64,000 bases of DNA from Massalongia carnosa. Its lineage: Eukaryota. A program made the translations under genes and the position numbers. This document shows positions 12,729 to 24,558 of this stretch, in pieces (the stretch's first letter is position 1; the number at the start of each line of letters is the position of its first letter). Under the pieces are notes generated by a model. The model had not been told where the DNA came from, did no database searches, and worked only from the letters and a program-made list of their open reading frames with translations. The stretch covers positions 744,001 to 808,000 of the forward strand of contig OZ287078.1 of NCBI GenBank assembly GCA_965645245.1. The letters are read 5' to 3'.

Positions 12729-15223
12729 TAGATAGATAGATATAGTCTTACGCCGATATGTCACCGGCCGAAGGCCGGCCCATGCGGGATGGACTACTAT
12801 GCTACAGGAAAACCTTTAAGAGGAATAAAAACCCATTGCCAACGCTGCGCGTACGAGGTCCCAACGATCTCCAGCTGTGCTGCTCGTGTGCTTTTTTGAT
12901 GAGTCCCTTGAATGAAAAGAAAATTATTGCTTGTATAACAAGCTTGCCGATAAAGAAAATTGCGCCAAAACGCCAGCTTCGATAATCCATCTCGTTACCT
13001 GCTTCAATGTTTTGGATGTTTCGAGTATCGTACGATATTCGTTGGTATTTATACGCCGAAACAGCTCTTGTCTTCCCGTCATTAATGGGCAGTGCATGAT
13101 TACGTGTTTGGCCGTTTGCTGGGGCCAACCACAGCTGCAGGCCGCCGTCGTCACGTTGGGAACTCGTCGTTTAAATAGAAAACTTGCCAGACCTATTTTT
13201 TCCGTGCGAATTTGGGTAGCTAACGCGCTTTCCGCTTTTGCCAGATTGTCGTGGATTTTGATTCTTCCTTTGGTTAAGGAAGCGCGCTGTGCTTCGGTGG
13301 GACAGGGTACGCGATCTTGATATGCTTTCCAGGTTGTCTGCCATTTCGTTTTGTAATGCGCTTTTGTGGCTTTCGTGTGAGCGCTGCGACTCATCCTTAC
13401 TGCATTGGCTGTGAGCATGTGTTGCTCCGTAGGCGTGATCCAGGGTGGGTGCGTGGTTGGGGCTGTGGTGGGTATGGCGCTGATCACTGTGTTTTTGGCC
13501 CATTCGTGCTTGAGCATTCCTGGGGTCAGTTTCGGCGATCTTTTCTTGCCCGCTTTTCCGCGCAACTTGTGTTCTATCTCCTTGCAGAAAGACGAGATGA
13601 GTCTCTTTTGCCCGGCGGTTCGTTGGCGATATCTCGCTTTGACTTGTAATTCTTCTAAATGCGATTCTATAGACGTCATGTGCGTTTCGGTTTCCAATAC
13701 TGGAAGCGGGGTGGCCCGAAATGCACCCGTTATTGTTCGCAAGCACTTGTTTTGCATGACCGCCAGCTTGCTCGTCGCGGCTTTGCTTTTCCCTATTTCT
13801 TTCGGTGTGTGCCATACGGCGGATGCATAAGTCATTGCCGGACGAACGACCGCAATATAAATCTGTCTGGCCTTCGAGAACGAGGCTCCCCATATGGACG
13901 CGGAGATCCTGGTCAGTGCACACGATTGTTTCGTCATTTTTTCTTGAGTTTTCCGTACATGGGCTCCCCATCTCAGTTTGGTGTCGATTTGTAGACCCAG
14001 CACCCTGATATCCGGTTTGGGTTCGATCGTTTTTGTGCTTATCCTGATGGTGGCCGTCATGTTGAATTTTTTCGGGTTTCTGGACAGATGAATAAGCTCG
14101 TATTTGCTCGGGGCAAACACGGAGCCGTGGCGTAAGGACCATCTCTCGCATTCCTTGTGAATTCTTTCTAGCGTTCTGCAGTTTTCCTCGGTGCTTTTGC
14201 CGTATGCCAGAACGTTGACGTCGTCTACGAAGCCCAGTGAGCTTGTATTCGTGCCTGGTCTTTGACATATTTCCAGCAGGTCTGCGTTGTAGAATAAATA
14301 TAGAATCGGGGAAATGGGAGAGCCCTGGGGGATCCCTGTTCTCACATCGAATACGTCGGTGGTGCGTCGTTGGATCGTAAGCGTTGTCCTTCTTTCGCTC
14401 AAGAAGCTCTCGGTCCAATCGGTAATCCATTTGGGAATCTTTCTCTTTCGCAGATTGTGTATCAATCTTTGGTGAGATACGGTATCGAACGCTCCTGCTA
14501 CGTCCATGCTGAGCAGGGTTGCCACCTTGTCGTTGCCCTGGCCCCAGACCGTGTGCACCTGTTCCGTGAGAAGTTCCAGTGCCGATTCGGTGGATCTTCC
14601 TCTACGAGCCCCCATCTGCATGTCGGGTAGCAGGTTGTTGCTCTCGGCCATGTGGGTGATTCTTCTCGCAATCACTGCTTCTAGTAGCTTGCCCATTGTG
14701 TTCAATAATGCTATCGGTCGATAGGCTTTCGGGGTCGTGTAATCGTCTTTGCCCGGTTTTTTCAGCGTGATTGTGTTTGCGATTTTGAAGGCTCGAGGAT
14801 GGTACGCGAGCGTTACGCAGGCCTGATACAGTGGGGTGAGTAGGTCCGTTAGCTTCTCGGCGCATGCTTTTAGGATTCTGTTGGAAATGCCGTCCGGTCC
14901 GGACGCCTTGTCCGCACTGAGTCGTTGGATGTTCGTAAGAACCTCTTCTCTCGTTATTCTCTCTGGGCATTCGATTTCGGCGGGATAGAACGCTCCGGGT
15001 ATGTCGCGTAGATCCGCCGGGGGCGGTGCTGGAAAGAAAGTGCTCTTAAGCATTTCGGATTTCTCTTCGAATGTGAACGCTTTTTGATCGTTGAATTCGA
15101 GCGATGGCATTTTCGGTACTTCGCGGCCTGCATTGCTCTTGTTTTTGGCCCATTTGGCGAGTTTCCAGATTCCCTGGGGCGATTCGGTGGCGCGGCTTAT
15201 CTCTTTACGAAACGAGAGCGTTT
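12729..15223 (-). mobile_element. 5'-truncated Tad1-clade LINE (GC-rich family) with (TATC)n tail
   Basis: 11-bp TSD GAATCAGTTGA (12718-12728 and 15224-15234). 3' hairpin CCGGCCTTCGGCCGG and microsatellite tail. Confidence 0.88.
12924..15110 (-). CDS. Non-LTR reverse transcriptase (ORF2 fragment: RT + C-terminal CCHC; no RNase H seen)
   Basis: KASGPDGI, YRPIALLNTMGK, DVAGAFD, GIPQGSPISPILY, FVDD, CSCG..QTAKHVIMHC. Uninterrupted. Confidence 0.92.
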   Translation of the reverse strand: MPSLEFNDQKAFTFEEKSEMLKSTFFPAPPPADLRDIPGAFYPAEIECPERITREEVLTNIQRLSADKASGPDGISNRILKACAEKLTDLLTPLYQACVTLAYHPRAFKIANTITLKKPGKDDYTTPKAYRPIALLNTMGKLLEAVIARRITHMAESNNLLPDMQMGARRGRSTESALELLTEQVHTVWGQGNDKVATLLSMDVAGAFDTVSHQRLIHNLRKRKIPKWITDWTESFLSERRTTLTIQRRTTDVFDVRTGIPQGSPISPILYLFYNADLLEICQRPGTNTSSLGFVDDVNVLAYGKSTEENCRTLERIHKECERWSLRHGSVFAPSKYELIHLSRNPKKFNMTATIRISTKTIEPKPDIRVLGLQIDTKLRWGAHVRKTQEKMTKQSCALTRISASIWGASFSKARQIYIAVVRPAMTYASAVWHTPKEIGKSKAATSKLAVMQNKCLRTITGAFRATPLPVLETETHMTSIESHLEELQVKARYRQRTAGQKRLISSFCKEIEHKLRGKAGKKRSPKLTPGMLKHEWAKNTVISAIPTTAPTTHPPWITPTEQHMLTANAVRMSRSAHTKATKAHYKTKWQTTWKAYQDRVPCPTEAQRASLTKGRIKIHDNLAKAESALATQIRTEKIGLASFLFKRRVPNVTTAACSCGWPQQTAKHVIMHCPLMTGRQELFRRINTNEYRTILETSKTLKQVTRWIIEAGVLAQFSLSASLLYKQ

Positions 15224-15298
15224 GAATCAGTTGAATTGTCTTTTGATCAACTCAGATTTATTTTATATTATTAAGTAGTAATGTTATAACTGTGTAAT

Positions 15299-15357
15299 GT
15301 TTGATTTGATTTGATTATTCTTACGCCGTTGTGTCACCGGCCGAAGGCCGGCCCATG
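15299..15357 (-). mobile_element. 59-bp LINE 3'-end stub with (ATCAA)n tail
   Basis: Matches 12747-12784 (CTTACGCCG..TGTCACCGGCCGAAGGCCGGCCCATG). 8-bp TSD TGTGTAAT (15291-15298 and 15358-15365). Confidence 0.8.
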
Positions 15358-15372
15358 TGTGTAATTTTTATA

Positions 15373-17983
15373 GGGTTCGGATACGGGGACACCGGGTAGA
15401 ATGCATGTACACCGGGCACTTGATGCATGTATACCGGGCACTTGATACATATACACCCTCTTCCCAAAAAGGTAAAGGGCCGGCACATTTCGCACCACTT
15501 TACCTTTCTTGGTTAGCAGATGAAAAATCAGATGAGATTTTGAAATTTTCAATTGATGCATCATCTTTCTCAATCATTCTCAAATCATGCCTCTGGCTCC
15601 TCCTCACGATGACCAGGTTTTTTCCACCTTGGAAGAACTCATTCTCAGCGTCAATACTCACGCCGGCTCAGAAGGATACGCGGTGGTCACAGCTAGATCA
15701 AAGAAATCAGATCTTGGCATCAAGAGAAAAGTCTGGTTGCGCTGCGACAGGGGAGGTAGCAATCGAATACTTCGAGGCAGAGATAGACGTCATACCAATA
15801 CTCGAATCATCGATTGTCAGTTCAAGGTCACGGCGGTGCGAAACAGAGTGGATGGAACCTGTTTATTGGAAGTAATCAACCCATTCCATAATCATGAAGC
15901 TACAATTGCTGGATCGCATCCAACGTTACGCAAAATGGCTATGACTGAAGAGATTAAGAACGACATCTCTAGACAATTGACCGTGCAAACAGCTCCTTCT
16001 AAGATTCTCTCCACCCTTCGTATTGACACCGATAACAACAATCCGTTATTCAAGCCTCGAGATATCTACAACATCAAGGCACAGCTGAGACGAGATACTC
16101 TAGGTCCTTTAACCCCGGTTCAGGCATTGATGCAGGAACTTGATCAAAACGACTGGACGTACAACTATCAGAAAGACATTCGCAATCAGATTACCTACTT
16201 ATTCTTCGTGAGAGGAACATCCCAAACTCTACTGAAGGTCAATCATGAAGTTCTGGTCATGGATTGCTCCTACAAAACCAACAGATATAAATTTCCGTTG
16301 CTGATCATCAGCGGGCAAACGGCCCTACATACTAATTTCTATGTCGCGTTTTGCTTCATGGCAAAGGAGAAGCAGGTAGCTTATGAGTGGACATTGGGAC
16401 AATTGAAGTCGTTGTATGCGCAGTTGCAACTTCCAGATCCGGTGGTTGTTGTGACCGACATGGAGCGTGGGTTGATGAATGCCGTGCGATTGATCTTTCC
16501 CAATACGAATCATCTGCTCTGTTTTTGGCATATAAACAAGAATGTGACGGCAAATTGCAAGAAGGACTTCAATACCAAAGAAGAATGGGATGACTTCATA
16601 TCCGCCTGGACTTCTGTTGCATACGCCGCTTCCAGAGTTGATTACGAGCCGGCGTGGCAGGGAATGAATGACACCTACTATCTAACGCATGGAGAACGTT
16701 TGGATTATCTGCGAGAAACGTACATCATGTCCTTTCATCGTCGCTTCGTGAAATTTCAAACCGATCAGGTGTTACATTTCGGAACCACAACTACTTCTAG
16801 AGGTGAGGGGGGGCACGCAGCTCTTTAACGTCATCTCGGAGTATCAACAGGTAATGAGTACAACCCTAAGAAACATTCAATACTGACTGAGCTGTAGGAG
16901 ATTTGAAAACAGTTGTGGATGGCATCAACCTACTTCTAATCAACGAGCGACAAAATTACATGATAGCCTTTGACGAAGCGAAGATGCGATACCCTATGGA
17001 TCTTCGAAAACCAGTTTTCAATCGCATCGCGGCGTTCGTAACCCCATACGCATTGAGAAAAATGGATGATCAATACAGACTGTTGACGGACCAAGCAACG
17101 GCAGTCAATCGTTGCACTGGAAGCTTTACAACTACTACTGGATTACTATGCAGTTACAAAATGCAGGAACGTTTATTCGGACCTGAGGGATGTCTGATTT
17201 TGGAAGATGTCCATCCTCATTGGAGGTTTGAAAGATCTTCCTTACCTGATCCAATCAATGATCCAGCTCTCGATCCGCTACTTCAGGTGGAAGAACCAGC
17301 AGTTGTCCAACCTCGAGGACGTCCTACAGGGGCGGAGAATCGTAGACAAGCATTGGACAACTCCACCTATCGGAATCCAACTCAATTCGAAATCGTTGAA
17401 GGTGAAATAGCAGAGCAACATGGGAATGAACTGCCAGCGGATATCGAACGAGTTCTGGCAAGAGCCGAGGCTACACCAGCGGGACGCGGGCGCGGGCGCG
17501 CGCGCGAGCGACGACGAAATGAAGGTGAGGTGGCAGGCACTCGTGCCTCATCCAGGCCTGCGACTCAAGCAGCAACTAGGGCGGGCAGGGCGGGCAGGGC
17601 GGGCAGGGCGGGCAGGGCGGGCAGGGCGGACAAGGCGGACAAGGCGAAAAAGGTCGGCGAGGCGGGCAGGGGGGGCAGGGGGCAAGGGGGGCAGGGGAAG
17701 AAGGGGTAGGACTGACGAGGCAATTGCGACCGAGTAGCTAGAAGATGTCATCTTATCAATCTTGATGAGATGCAACAGATCAATACTGAAAACTTCATTG
17801 CCGCATAGTTTTCAAATCACCATCTGATTTTTCATCTGCTGACCAAGAAAGGTAAAGTGGTGCGAAATGTGCCGGCCCTTTACCTTTTTGGGAAGAGGGT
17901 GTATATGTATCAAGTGCCCCGGTGTATATGCATCAAGTGCCCGGTGTACATGCATCCTACCCGGTGTCCCCGTATCCGAACCC
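15373..17983 (+). mobile_element. Mutator-like element (MULE) #1
   Basis: ~170-bp TIRs starting GGGTTCGGATACGGGGACACC with internal CCGGG(G)CACTTGAT repeats. 8-bp TSD TTTTTATA. Confidence 0.9.
15587..17709 (+). pseudogene. MULE transposase (FAR1-like + MULE DDE + Gly/Arg-rich tail), one nonsense codon, one intron (16851-16897)
   Basis: CDRGG, HNH, MDCSYKTNRY, TDMERGLMNA, LLCFWHINKN, TTSRGEGGH. TAA at 16826 where MULE #2 has Lys. Splicing restores STGDLKTVVDG. Confidence 0.85.
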
Positions 17984-18338
17984 TTTTTATAACATTTGAA
18001 AATCGTGATTTTCGCTTGAATTTTGCGGGGAAAATCTACATTTTCAAATTGTGTCATATTTACTTTACATCATCAAGAGCAATTTATAAAATAAAACAGT
18101 GTTTGAATTAGATTATGATTGATTAATCGATTGTTATTAACATATTGAAATCATAAAAGATTCACAGGCTGCGAAGACGAATCAATTAATGTGTAAACAT
18201 TACGGGTTTTGTTTTAAAACCCCCCTCTCGCGGAGACTTATGTCCTGGTACTGTAACTTCATCTCTTCGCGCGCATGATGAATTACTTCAAACAACCGCA
18301 TTGAATGCTGTGGCTGATAGAGTTATCCTACGGCATAT

Positions 18339-18741
18339 TATGGTAGGGCGAGGTGTACTACCCTGAGATGATTGGACAAGGGGCTGTTTCCAGTGTCTCT
18401 GCGCGGGCCGAGCAATTTCGAGTCATGTGACACTCCTAAGCACTAAGCTTATATTCTCGGTCGCTCACCTGTCGACACAAAAACAAGGGCAACATACATT
18501 CATTTCATCGCCATCTGTTCACCTTCTGCTTCTTTTAGCCCTTCGTTTTCTAGTCAGTCCGTCTGTCAGCTAGAGAGCCATATAGTCAATGCAGTTGTCG
18601 CCCATCTAGCTGTCATGATGTGACTGACCTCCGTTTCGTATCGTTCTTTGATCATCATTATCTTCGACCCAGTCCTGTCCTAGCAACAACGCCATTGATC
18701 TATCACGATCAGCACCGCCTTTCACCCACTACCCCTCTTCA
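18339..18741. mobile_element. Solo LTR (403 bp) related to the LTRs of Gypsy #2
   Basis: TATGGTAGGG...ACTACCCCTCTTCA versus TGTGATAGGG...ACTACCCCTCTTCA. 4-bp TSD ATAT. Removal restores pogo HINQEL. Confidence 0.75.
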
Positions 18742-19494
18742 ATATCAATCAAGAACTAGTTGAAAAACAGGCTTAGCGACGTCAAAAGGCGTCTAGAAAG
18801 GGGTGTGATAAAGTGAGGGTGCTAACTGTGAGTGAGGGGCTGGCTAAGATCGAAAAGAAACAGCAAAAGAGGAGGCATTAGGCAGAGAAAAGGAGCGATA
18901 TGATGCTTTAAAGCAAAGGCCGTCTGGAGTATGAATAGCGATAATTTTAGTGTAATACGGATGGCGCTAGAAGGATACGTGATCGCCTACGGCGGTTGCG
19001 GGATTAACTAGCATGAGCCAAGCCGTAGTACTTAGTCGCACAGCCGTCGAGGTTGACACGACGCCACCTTACCACACAACTCCGTGTTACGGTCTACCTA
19101 GAGGCTAGTCATAGGGACGCCATGAACGAAAAAAATAAAGATAAAGAGGAAAGAAAGACTCGAAAGGTCGGACTCGCCCCTATAAAGCAATGCTTTCCCT
19201 AGTCCCCATGCAGTAAGGTCGCGAAAGAGTTTCCCGCGCTATCTCGTGACTCCCGCCAGCCGGCCAGCAACCGTTTCCGTAGGTGCTCGATTAGGCTTAG
19301 TTCCTAAAGGCAAAAGGTAGAATCGTGACACTACCCCCGCTTTAGATCGCGAGTCACCTGGCCGCGATAAAGTCCGTGTTGTTTCCGGGTTCTAATAGTC
19401 GTTCTGATAGTCGATTTGATTGCTTAAGAAATTTAGCGCGCGCGCTAAAAGTATTAAGCAACCGATGCGGTTAGACTGCATGAGATTGTCATCG

Positions 19495-22400
19495 CTTATC
19501 GTGGTTTGTTAGGGTGTCGTCGGTAAAAGTCCTCCACCAATTCTTCTGCATTCTCGAAGCCGTCAGCATCATACTACGTCAGGTCTTCGTCAATTCCTTT
19601 CCACTTGACCTTGTACTGGACCTTCCGATAGCGTTTACGAGCGTCCAATATGTCGTCCAACTCCCATTCATCGTTCCCTTCGACTACTACCGGTGGGGGT
19701 GGCTCGTTTATCTGATCAGGAAGAGGGTCGTCTGCGGCTTTTCGGAGCAAGCTGGTGTGGAACACATCATGTATTTTCATCGAGAGTGGAAGTTCCAGTT
19801 GACAGGATGATCCTATCAATTTCTTGACTCGATAGGGGCCGATCATCTTGTGATCTAGTTTCTTACATGCCCGTTCTGTCTTGATGTTTTTCGTGGATAA
19901 CCATACCATGTCCCCTTCCTCGTAAGAGACTTCCGTTCGGTGTCTGTCGGCTGCTGTTATTTGTCTTTCCTGAGCTCTTGTCATGTTCTCTCTGACGAAG
20001 TTCCAAACTTTCTTCATGTCATCGGTGATGGCTCTAGCTTTAGCATTGGCTAGCCTCTCCCTGGTGGAGGAAGCAGTCAGCTCTACCGGGTCGAAGCTCA
20101 TTCGGGGTTCGTATCCCTTTGTGGCCATAAACGGTGACAATCCAGTGGTGGCTGACGGTGCACTGTTCGCGGCGAATTCGGCCATCGGAAGCAGGTCCGC
20201 CCAGTCATCCTGGTTGTAGTTGGTGAAACTTCGGAGATGACGTTCCATTTCCTGATTTGCTATTTCGCTTTGTCCATCGGTTTCGGGGTGGTAAGCCGTC
20301 GACAGTTTCGCCGTAATTCCAAGAATCTTGCACCAGGCTTTCCATACAGCTGACACGAATTGGGGTCCTCGATCAGAAAGCATGCTGTTTGGAAGTCCGT
20401 GATAGCGCCAGACGTTGTCAATGAGTAGCTTCGCTGTGGCCTCCGCTATCGTTCCTTCGTCACTACATGTGCAAGGAATGTAGTGTCTTTCCTTTGACAT
20501 CCGGTCTACTACCATCAGGATGGCGTCGTACTGTTCCTTGCTCTTGGCGAGTCCTGTCACATAGTCGAGGGTGATGTCTGACCATGGCTTGTCGGGTATG
20601 GGCAATGGTTTCAGTAGCCCGTTGTATTTATCCCTAGGTGCTTTTGCCCGCCTGCAAACGTGACAGCTGCGAACGTAACGGCTAACGTCTTTGCCCATGG
20701 TTGGCCAGTAATAATTCCGGGAGATCGTCTGAATGGTCCTGGCTATTCCGGGGTGTCCTACTACTATTTGGTCATGAATCTGTCGTACGACTTCGAGAAT
20801 TGTACCTTTGTTGTCCGGAACCCATAAGCGTCTTCGGTTATATAGCAGTCCATCTTTTATTGTACGATTCTTTATGTTTGGCAGGGTGTTGTCCGAGGGG
20901 GTGTCGTCGTCTTCCAGCGCTTTTCTGATATTTCTGCAGAGTTCATCTTCGAGATTTTCTCGTTTTACCTTTTCGTCCAAAGTCTGTAGGTCGAGATCAG
21001 TGGCGGTTTCATTCGGTTCCGTCGCTTCTTCGATGGGCTGTAGTTCCAGTCTTTCCGGGGGCAACAGTGTTTGAAGCTGATGCTGCTGTCGTTCGTCTTC
21101 CTCGTTCTGGGGTTTATCGTTGGGCCTTCGGGTCAGGGCGTCTGCCTTTTCGTTTTTCTTGCCCGGGCGATATGTGATGACGAAATTGAACTCCGAGAGG
21201 AACTCCGCCCAGCGAGCCTGTCTTCTGGTCAGCTTTTTGGTAGACATGAAATACTCCAGACTTCGATGATCAGTGAAGATCTTCACTGGTAAATCGGTGC
21301 CTTCCAGTTCCGATTTCCATTCTTCGAAGCATCGGATGATTGCCAGCAGTTTCCTTGTCGTAGATTTCGTAGTTGCACTCAGCAGGGCTCATGTTCTTGG
21401 AGAAGAACGCTACCGGATGAAGTTCTCCGTCGTCCCCCATTTGTGAGAGCACGCCACCATTGACGTGGTCAGATGAGTCCGTTTCCAAGTAACACTGCTT
21501 GTCCCGATCGAAGTATATTAGAATTGGGGCTTCGCCGATTCGTTTCTGCAGGGTCCGAAATGCCTTTTCACATGCTGAAGTCCATTCAAATATCCGTTCT
21601 TTCTTTGTCAGTGCGTTCAGGGGTTTGGCGATTTTCGAGAAACCTCCGATGAAACGTCGATAGAAATTGCAAAAACCAATGAACGACCTGACCTCGCGTA
21701 AGCAAGTTGGGATTTCCCATTCTTGAATGGCCTTGCCTTTAGCTGGGTCCATGCGAATGCCATCAACGCTAATGATCAGTCCCAAGTACTTGGTTTCGGT
21801 TACATGGAATTCGCATTTGTCAACGTCTGCTTGCAGTCCCGCTTCCCGAAGTTTGACTAAAACAGCCCGGACGTGCTCCCGATATTCCTTCAGAGTCTTG
21901 CTATAAATCAGGATGTCGTCCAGGTAAGCTGTGCAGAATTTGTCCAGGTAGTCGAATAAAACGTCGTTGATGTAGTGTTGCCAGGAAGCTGGTCCGCCGG
22001 AAAGGCCAAACGGGAGTACCTTATATTTATAGGCACCAAAACGAGAGTTAAACGTCGTCAGGTCTTCAGATTCTGTGGCCATTCTGAGCTTATGAAACGC
22101 TTGTCGAATGTCAATCTTCGAAAAGACCTTGGCCTCCTTCAGCTGTGCCAGGGTTTCTTCTATCAGGGGTATGGGATAGCGGTCTTTCTTTGACAGCTGA
22201 TTCAACCTCCGATAATCGACACAGAAACGCAGGCCTCCGTTCGGCTTTTTGGCCAACAAAATAGGAGAAGCACACGCAGCATGACTGGCCTCGATGAACC
22301 CTTTTCGAAGGTTGTCCTCGAGGTATTTCTTAACGAACTCTAGTTCTTTCTGTGACATGCTCCGGAGCGGAGTATGTCCATGGTCTTGATTTCCTTCCAG

Positions 22401-23305
22401 GATGATTCGATGATCATAAGTTCGATGAGGTGCCAAAGTGTCAGACGCGGCCTTAGAAAAGACATCCAGAAATTCATGATACTCTAGAGGTACTACCGTC
22501 TTCGGGTCGGTGGGTGGCCGGTCTTCCTTGCTCAGCTGATACTCGATGTCTTTCAAAGAAATGGAGAACAATTCGACATTCTTTTGCCTGGACAGTAGTC
22601 GGTACGCGGCGGCCCTATCATCGACATTTCTATCGGCTTATCTTCGAGAGTCGGCTTGTCCTTGATATCAGAGTCTGATAGTTTTCCTGATAGTCCATCT
22701 ACGGTTTCCGTAGACGATGCCGAATTTATCCGTTCTTTCGGCCCCGTTCTGATTTCTTCTGACCGTTTCAGTATCTTTGTGATCGTTCTGACCTCCTTCG
22801 GGGCTTCCGTCTTTTCGTTCTCTGATAGCTGGGGTGCACCGGGATGGGAACAATGGCCTGGCCAGAAAGTTATCTTGTCTGTGGCCATGTCGATAATCAC
22901 TCCATGCTTTCTCATCCATGGTTTTCCTAGAATCATCTTGTGTTGTCCAAGCTGTGTGATTAGAAGAGGGGCTACCGTTTCCTTATGGTCTTGTACGGTC
23001 AGGGTAGGGTAGATGGCATGGGTGATGTCTTTACCTCGTTTACCATCAAAACCCTTTACTGGTTTCGGCCGAGTCAGTCTTTGAGGAGAGATCTGAAGCT
23101 TTTCACAAACTTCACGCGCTGTTGATTCATCAATAAAAGCATGTCCAGTGGCGCCTGTGTCCAATAGACTCATCACTTTCATTTCTTCGCTATTGCCCGG
23201 TTTACATTGTATTACCAGGGGTTCATCCGTGAGCAAATCACCAGGTAAATAGCTTGACAAAATCAACACTGGTTCACCTCCATCTGCGTCTTTGATGGAG
23301 GTCAC
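19495..23305 (-). pseudogene. Gypsy #1 pol: PR-RT-RNaseH-IN-chromodomain, two frameshifts and a nonsense codon
   Basis: LLDTGATG, LRFCVDYRRLN, YLDD, ETDSS, TDHRSL, HPG..CHVC, SDRGPQF, EWELDDILDARKRYRKVQYKVKWKG. Breaks near 22600 and 21350, TAG at 19576. Confidence 0.9.
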
Positions 23306-24558
23306 GCTTTTCCCGAGTCAGCAATCTCAGCGATTTCCTGCACTTTCGCTGGCCGACTCTTCTTCTTCAGCTCACAATCTCTGGACAAATGTCCATACTC
23401 CTTACAAAAGAAACAACGACCTTCCCTGGTCAAGAGTTCCTTTTCTTCATCCGTCATGTAGTAAGAGGGCCTGGGGGTCGAGGCGCTGGTGGAGGGGCGG
23501 GGAGGAACGTTGGTCTTGGTGATAGAGGTGGTGGTCGCCGTGGTCGGAGCGCTAGGAGTCGAGGCAGTGGTGCTGGACCTTTTACTTTCCGCGTAACGGT
23601 CCATACTGGCCTTGCTTCGGTCCGAGTCCTTGAGCTCCTGATACAAGCGCTGACACTTGTGCGCGAACTCATACAGGTCGGTCGGTGCCTCGGCGCCGGT
23701 GGCCAATTGCCGGTTCATTCCCCAAGAGAGCTTGTGCTTCAACTCACTAATTAGCGTAGCCTCGTTGTGATCCAGCTCAGCTGCCAGACGCTGAAACTCA
23801 GCCCAAAAGGTGTTGAAGTCCTTGCTTCCTTGCCGAAGGGACCGAAAGTCGTTCATCGCGGTTTTTTTCCGATTGGGATCGCCGTACGTGCGTTCCAACT
23901 GATCAAACATTTCCTCGGCCGTCAGAAAGGGCTTCATCGCACCTTTCCGAAGTCGGGGCTCCAGGTGTCCCATTGCTTCTCCTCCTACCCGGTTCTCCAC
24001 ATATGCCTTCTTGAGCAGTTCCGTCGGCATGTGGTCATCATTGGCCACTAGTTTACTTCGCATCTTTGTCAGCCAGTGATCAATGGAAATTTCCTTTCCG
24101 TCGGTGAAGATGGGTGGATCAGGCAGTTTCATCGACCTCTTTCTACCGTCGTCGCTGCGACGACTGCTACGGGAAGGAGAGGGGGTTCGCGGGCGGGGCG
24201 GCTCTCGTGTTTGTTCTCGGCTTGATTCCGAGCTGGCCTCCGGGGCCCGTCCTTGTAATTCTCTTATCTCTTCCTTCTGGTTGGCTACCACGCCGTCCAG
24301 TTGGTTCATTCTGGTCTGGAATCCTTCGGCCATATCAATGGCTCGGTTGCCTCGTTCCACGGAGTCGTTGTATGCTTCCTTCAGGTTTTGGAGCATGTCG
24401 GACACGGCCTGAGGGTCATGCATCATCCATGCCTTCAGCTGTCGGAGATTTACAATCATCAGAGGCTCCGTTACCTCTAGTTCGTCGTCTGTCTCTCTAG
24501 TTTCGGGGATTATCGAGTCTCGGTGTCTTGGGACCTCGGTCCCAGTTGATCGTGCCAT
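23302..24558 (-). CDS. Gypsy #1 gag with CCHC knuckle; ends at a G GGA AAA -1 frameshift site (23314-23308)
   Basis: KLPDPPIFTDG, LRQG, CFFCKEYGHLSRDC. The pol frame is -1 relative to gag at the heptamer. Confidence 0.85.
   Translation of the reverse strand: MARSTGTEVPRHRDSIIPETRETDDELEVTEPLMIVNLRQLKAWMMHDPQAVSDMLQNLKEAYNDSVERGNRAIDMAEGFQTRMNQLDGVVANQKEEIRELQGRAPEASSESSREQTREPPRPRTPSPSRSSRRSDDGRKRSMKLPDPPIFTDGKEISIDHWLTKMRSKLVANDDHMPTELLKKAYVENRVGGEAMGHLEPRLRKGAMKPFLTAEEMFDQLERTYGDPNRKKTAMNDFRSLRQGSKDFNTFWAEFQRLAAELDHNEATLISELKHKLSWGMNRQLATGAEAPTDLYEFAHKCQRLYQELKDSDRSKASMDRYAESKRSSTTASTPSAPTTATTTSITKTNVPPRPSTSASTPRPSYYMTDEEKELLTREGRCFFCKEYGHLSRDCELKKKSRPAKVQEIAEIADSGKA

Larger units (their letters stand above)
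12599..18253. mobile_element. Non-autonomous Tc1/mariner element (MITE, ~460 bp of own sequence) hosting a LINE, a LINE stub and MULE #1
   Basis: TA|CAGTACTAGGACATAAGTCTCCGCGAAAGAGGGG ... CCCCTCTCGCGGAGACTTATGTCCTGGTACTG|TA. Removing it restores the pogo reading RVTSSLR (NITPSLR in pogo #2). Confidence 0.85.
11360..18930 (+). pseudogene. pogo transposase (HTH_psq, CENP-B HTH, DDE_1), interrupted, with nonsense and frameshift lesions
   Basis: SQREIARIYGVSRSTLQARL, IYNMNEKGF, LSPHSTHLLQPLDVGIFGP. In-frame TGA at 11570, 11682, 12036, 12090, 12117. Confidence 0.85.

Noticed and set aside
13171..14430. 419-aa overlapping ORF and other long shadow ORFs over the LINE, Gypsy and MULE genes
   Set aside because: Alternative frames of GC-rich coding or low-complexity DNA with no recognisable motifs.
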